Shown: piece after piece, positions 61,214 to 64,000 of the stretch | How positions within the stretch are numbered: the stretch's first letter is position 1 | Layout: the number at the start of each line of letters is the position of its first letter | From: an uncultured Acidobacteriota bacterium | GTDB taxonomy: Bacteria > Acidobacteriota > UBA6911 | Direction of reading: 5' to 3' | DNA: 64,000 nt | Assembly (NCBI GenBank): GCA_963827655.1 | Contig: CAWHCF010000023.1 | Span: 64,001-128,000, forward strand | The notes under the pieces: model-generated | What the model was told of the DNA's origin: nothing | Seen by the model: the letters and a program-made list of their open reading frames with translations, nothing else | Database searches by the model: none | Program-made: the position numbers and the translations under genes

Positions 61214-63304
61214 ATGAATCTTCAAGGCCTGACATCCATTCTTCTGCTGGTGCTTGCTGTCGCAGACGCGGCACTCAAACCGCCAGTAGCGCAGAAAAAA
61301 CCGAAGATCACCGAAATCCACGGCGACCGGCTCGTCGATGAATACTTCTGGTTGCGAGACAAGTCCAACCCGGACGTGGCGGCTTACCTCGAAGCGGAAA
61401 ACACTTACACCGATAGTGTGATGAAGTCGACCGTGCCCTTCCAGGAAGCTCTTTACCAGGAGATGCTGGGGCGGATCAAGCAGACCGACTTGACGGTTCC
61501 GTATCGCCTAAGAGGCTATTACTACTACTCACGCACCGAGGAAGGGAAGCAGTATCCCATCATGTGCCGGAAGAAAGGAAGCCTTGACGCGGCGGAAGAG
61601 ATCACGCTCGATGTCAACGAGCTCGCCAAAGGTCAGAAGTTCATGTCGCTTGGAGCCTACGAGGTGAGTGACGACGGCAACCTCCTGGCCTATTCCACCG
61701 ACAACACCGGATTTCGCCAGTACACCCTCCAGATCAAGGACCTCAGGACCGGAGAGCTGCGCCCTGAGAAGATCGAAAAAACGGTCTCGGTAGACTGGGC
61801 GGCTGACAACGCGACTCTTTTCTATACCGTCGAGGACCACGCAAAGAGACCGTACCGGCTTTACCGTCATAGGCTGGGCGCTTCGTCGGACGATATCGTG
61901 TACGAAGAGAAGGACGAGAGGTTCTCGCTCTCCACGAACCGGTCACGCAGCAACGCCTACATTTTCATGGCCTCCGAGAGCCTTACGGCGTCCGAGGTAC
62001 GCTACTTGCCGGCGGATCGACCGGCGGAGACCTGGAAGGTGATTCTGCCGCGTGAGGTCGAGCATGAATATGAGGTGGACCACCGCGCGGATCTCTTTTA
62101 CATCCGGACCAATCAAGGGGCGCGCAACTTCAGGCTCGTGTCTGCGCCCGTCACCAAGCCCGGCAAAGCGAACTGGAAGGAGGTGATTCCACACCGACCC
62201 AACGTGATGCTGGAAGGGATGGATTTCTTCGCTCATCACTATGTGCTCTTCGAGCGCGAAGATGGGCTTCCTCAGCTGCGGGTAACGAATCTGCATAACG
62301 GCAACACCCAACGCATCAAGTTCCCCGAACCAGCCTACTCGGCTTTTCCCTCGGCCAACCCGGAATTCGAAACGGCTCTCTTTCGTTACAACTATCAGTC
62401 TTTTGTCACGCCGAGTTCCGTTTTCGACTACGACATGGAAAACGGAACGTCAAAGCTTCTCAAGGAGACCGAAGTGCTCGGAGGCTATGATCGGTCGCTC
62501 TATGCGTCCGAACGCCTGGCGGCTCCGGCACCTGATGGCACTCGCATCCCGATCTCAGTCGCCTACCGAAAGGGCATGAAACGCGACGGCGCTTCACCGA
62601 TGCTGCTGACCGCCTACGGTTCCTACGGCGCCTCGAGTCCGGTGAGTTTCTCCTCCAATCGACTCAGCCTCCTCGATCGAGGCGTGACCTTCGCCCTCGC
62701 CCACATTCGGGGCGGAGGTGACCTGGGAAAGGCCTGGCATGACAATGGGCGCATGCTGAAAAAAAAGAACACCTTTACGGACTTCATCGCGGCCGCGGAG
62801 TTCCTGATCGCCGGCAAGTACACAAGCAAGGACCGGCTTGTTATCGAGGGGGGGAGCGCCGGCGGGCTGCTCATGGGCGCCGTGACCAACCTGCGCCCCG
62901 ATCTCTTCAAGGCGGTCGTCTCGCACGTCCCGTTCGTCGACGTGATCAATACGATGCTGGACGAGTCGCTTCCTCTCACGGTCGGGGAGTTCGAGGAATG
63001 GGGAAATCCGAAGAAGAAACCCGAATACGACTACATCAAGACCTACTGCCCGTACACCAACCTCGGGAGCAAGAATTATCCGGCCGTCCTGGTCAAGACT
63101 TCCTTCAACGATAGCCAGGTGATGTATTGGGAGCCGGCCAAGTACGTAGCCCGGCTCCGGACCCTCAAGACCGATTCCAACGTCCTGATCCTCAAGACCA
63201 ACATGGCGGCCGGCCACGGCGGCTCATCGGGCCGGTACGATCGCCTGCGTGAGATCGCATTCGACTACGCGTTCATTCTCGGCCAGCTCGGCATCAAAAA
63301 CTAG
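61214..63304 (+). CDS. ptrB: Oligopeptidase B (peptidase S9A)
   Basis: DEYFWLRD, GGSAGG, NDSQV, AGHGG. Confidence 0.93.
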   Translation: MNLQGLTSILLLVLAVADAALKPPVAQKKPKITEIHGDRLVDEYFWLRDKSNPDVAAYLEAENTYTDSVMKSTVPFQEALYQEMLGRIKQTDLTVPYRLRGYYYYSRTEEGKQYPIMCRKKGSLDAAEEITLDVNELAKGQKFMSLGAYEVSDDGNLLAYSTDNTGFRQYTLQIKDLRTGELRPEKIEKTVSVDWAADNATLFYTVEDHAKRPYRLYRHRLGASSDDIVYEEKDERFSLSTNRSRSNAYIFMASESLTASEVRYLPADRPAETWKVILPREVEHEYEVDHRADLFYIRTNQGARNFRLVSAPVTKPGKANWKEVIPHRPNVMLEGMDFFAHHYVLFEREDGLPQLRVTNLHNGNTQRIKFPEPAYSAFPSANPEFETALFRYNYQSFVTPSSVFDYDMENGTSKLLKETEVLGGYDRSLYASERLAAPAPDGTRIPISVAYRKGMKRDGASPMLLTAYGSYGASSPVSFSSNRLSLLDRGVTFALAHIRGGGDLGKAWHDNGRMLKKKNTFTDFIAAAEFLIAGKYTSKDRLVIEGGSAGGLLMGAVTNLRPDLFKAVVSHVPFVDVINTMLDESLPLTVGEFEEWGNPKKKPEYDYIKTYCPYTNLGSKNYPAVLVKTSFNDSQVMYWEPAKYVARLRTLKTDSNVLILKTNMAAGHGGSSGRYDRLREIAFDYAFILGQLGIKN

Positions 63305-63412
63305 CGCGTCATTCTTAAGACGCCTGCGGAACTCAAAGGGCTTGTAACCGGGCCGGCGCTCTTGCAGAATGAGTGCCCGCTCGAACCTGCTGAAATACGG
63401 CGGAGAACTTGA

Positions 63413-63877
63413 ATGGCCAAAATTATTCAAGGCAATCTGGATGCCACTGGAGGCCGTTTCGCCATCGTGGCCAGCCGCTTCAACTCTTTCATCGTGGACC
63501 GGCTGCTGTCCGCGGCTCTGGATGCCCTGGAAAGAAATGGCGCCCAGCCGGATGATATAACGGTAGTACGAGTTCCGGGTTCGTTCGAAATCCCTCTGGT
63601 CGCCAAAACCCTGGCGATTTCCAAGAAATACGATGCCGTCATCTGCCTGGGCGCGCTGCTGCAGGGGGAAACCCCTCATTTTGACTACATCTGTTCGACC
63701 GTGACCAGGGGAATTGGTTTGGCGAGTCTCGAGTCCGGCGTTCCGGTGATCTATGGCGTTCTGACCTGCAACACGATGGAGCAGGCGATTGATCGGGCAG
63801 GGCTGAAATCAGGCAACGAGGGTTTCGCAGCGGCGATGGCGGCCTTGGAAATGGTTCAAGTTATGAAGCAGATTTAG
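63413..63877 (+). CDS. ribH: 6,7-dimethyl-8-ribityllumazine synthase
   Basis: SRFN, VPGSFEIP, GETPHFDY. Confidence 0.96.
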   Translation: MAKIIQGNLDATGGRFAIVASRFNSFIVDRLLSAALDALERNGAQPDDITVVRVPGSFEIPLVAKTLAISKKYDAVICLGALLQGETPHFDYICSTVTRGIGLASLESGVPVIYGVLTCNTMEQAIDRAGLKSGNEGFAAAMAALEMVQVMKQI

Positions 63878-63930
63878 GGAGCCGCCGGCCGCCTGCTCCT
63901 TCATCGTATTCACAAGCCGAATCACTTGAA

Positions 63931-64000
63931 ATGGGTATGAGACGCGTTGCGCGCGAATGCGCGCTTCAAATGCTTTACGAGATGGACGTCGGCAAGCACG
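63931..64000 (+). CDS. nusB: Transcription antitermination factor NusB (5' part, runs out of window)
   Basis: MGMRRVARECALQMLYEMD directly after ribH, the conserved gene order. Confidence 0.88.
   Translation, partial: MGMRRVARECALQMLYEMDVGKH

Overview
GC-rich chromosomal window, most likely from an Acidobacteriota genome (ADOP duplicated permease, Oar-type TonB receptor, tsaD/mtnA/acs/ribH-nusB core genes); family calls are from motif recognition only. Layout: (1) 0.1-0.9 kb, a non-coding patch with a candidate ~285-nt structured RNA that displays a 16-nt complement of the 16S rRNA 3' end ahead of a 14-codon ORF, plus a decayed copy of part of the nearby amidohydrolase gene, bracketed by a 19-bp direct repeat; (2) 1-21 kb, accessory secreted hydrolases and a TonB receptor, with an NLR-like protein (NDT/TIR-like + NACHT + HEAT); (3) 21-31 kb, DNA ligase, esterase, IDH-family enzyme, a Ni/Co transporter relic and a LutH-like TonB receptor/beta-propeller pair; (4) 31-52 kb, an LPS/surface-glycan locus flanked by two Phd-VapC modules and punctuated by palindromic heptamer-repeat elements; (5) 52-64 kb, housekeeping genes and a BtuB-like receptor with a (CAATCCG)4 tract just after its signal peptide. 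At least seven genes carry single-base frameshifts, probably assembly errors. No tRNA, rRNA, CRISPR array, integrase or transposase was recognised.
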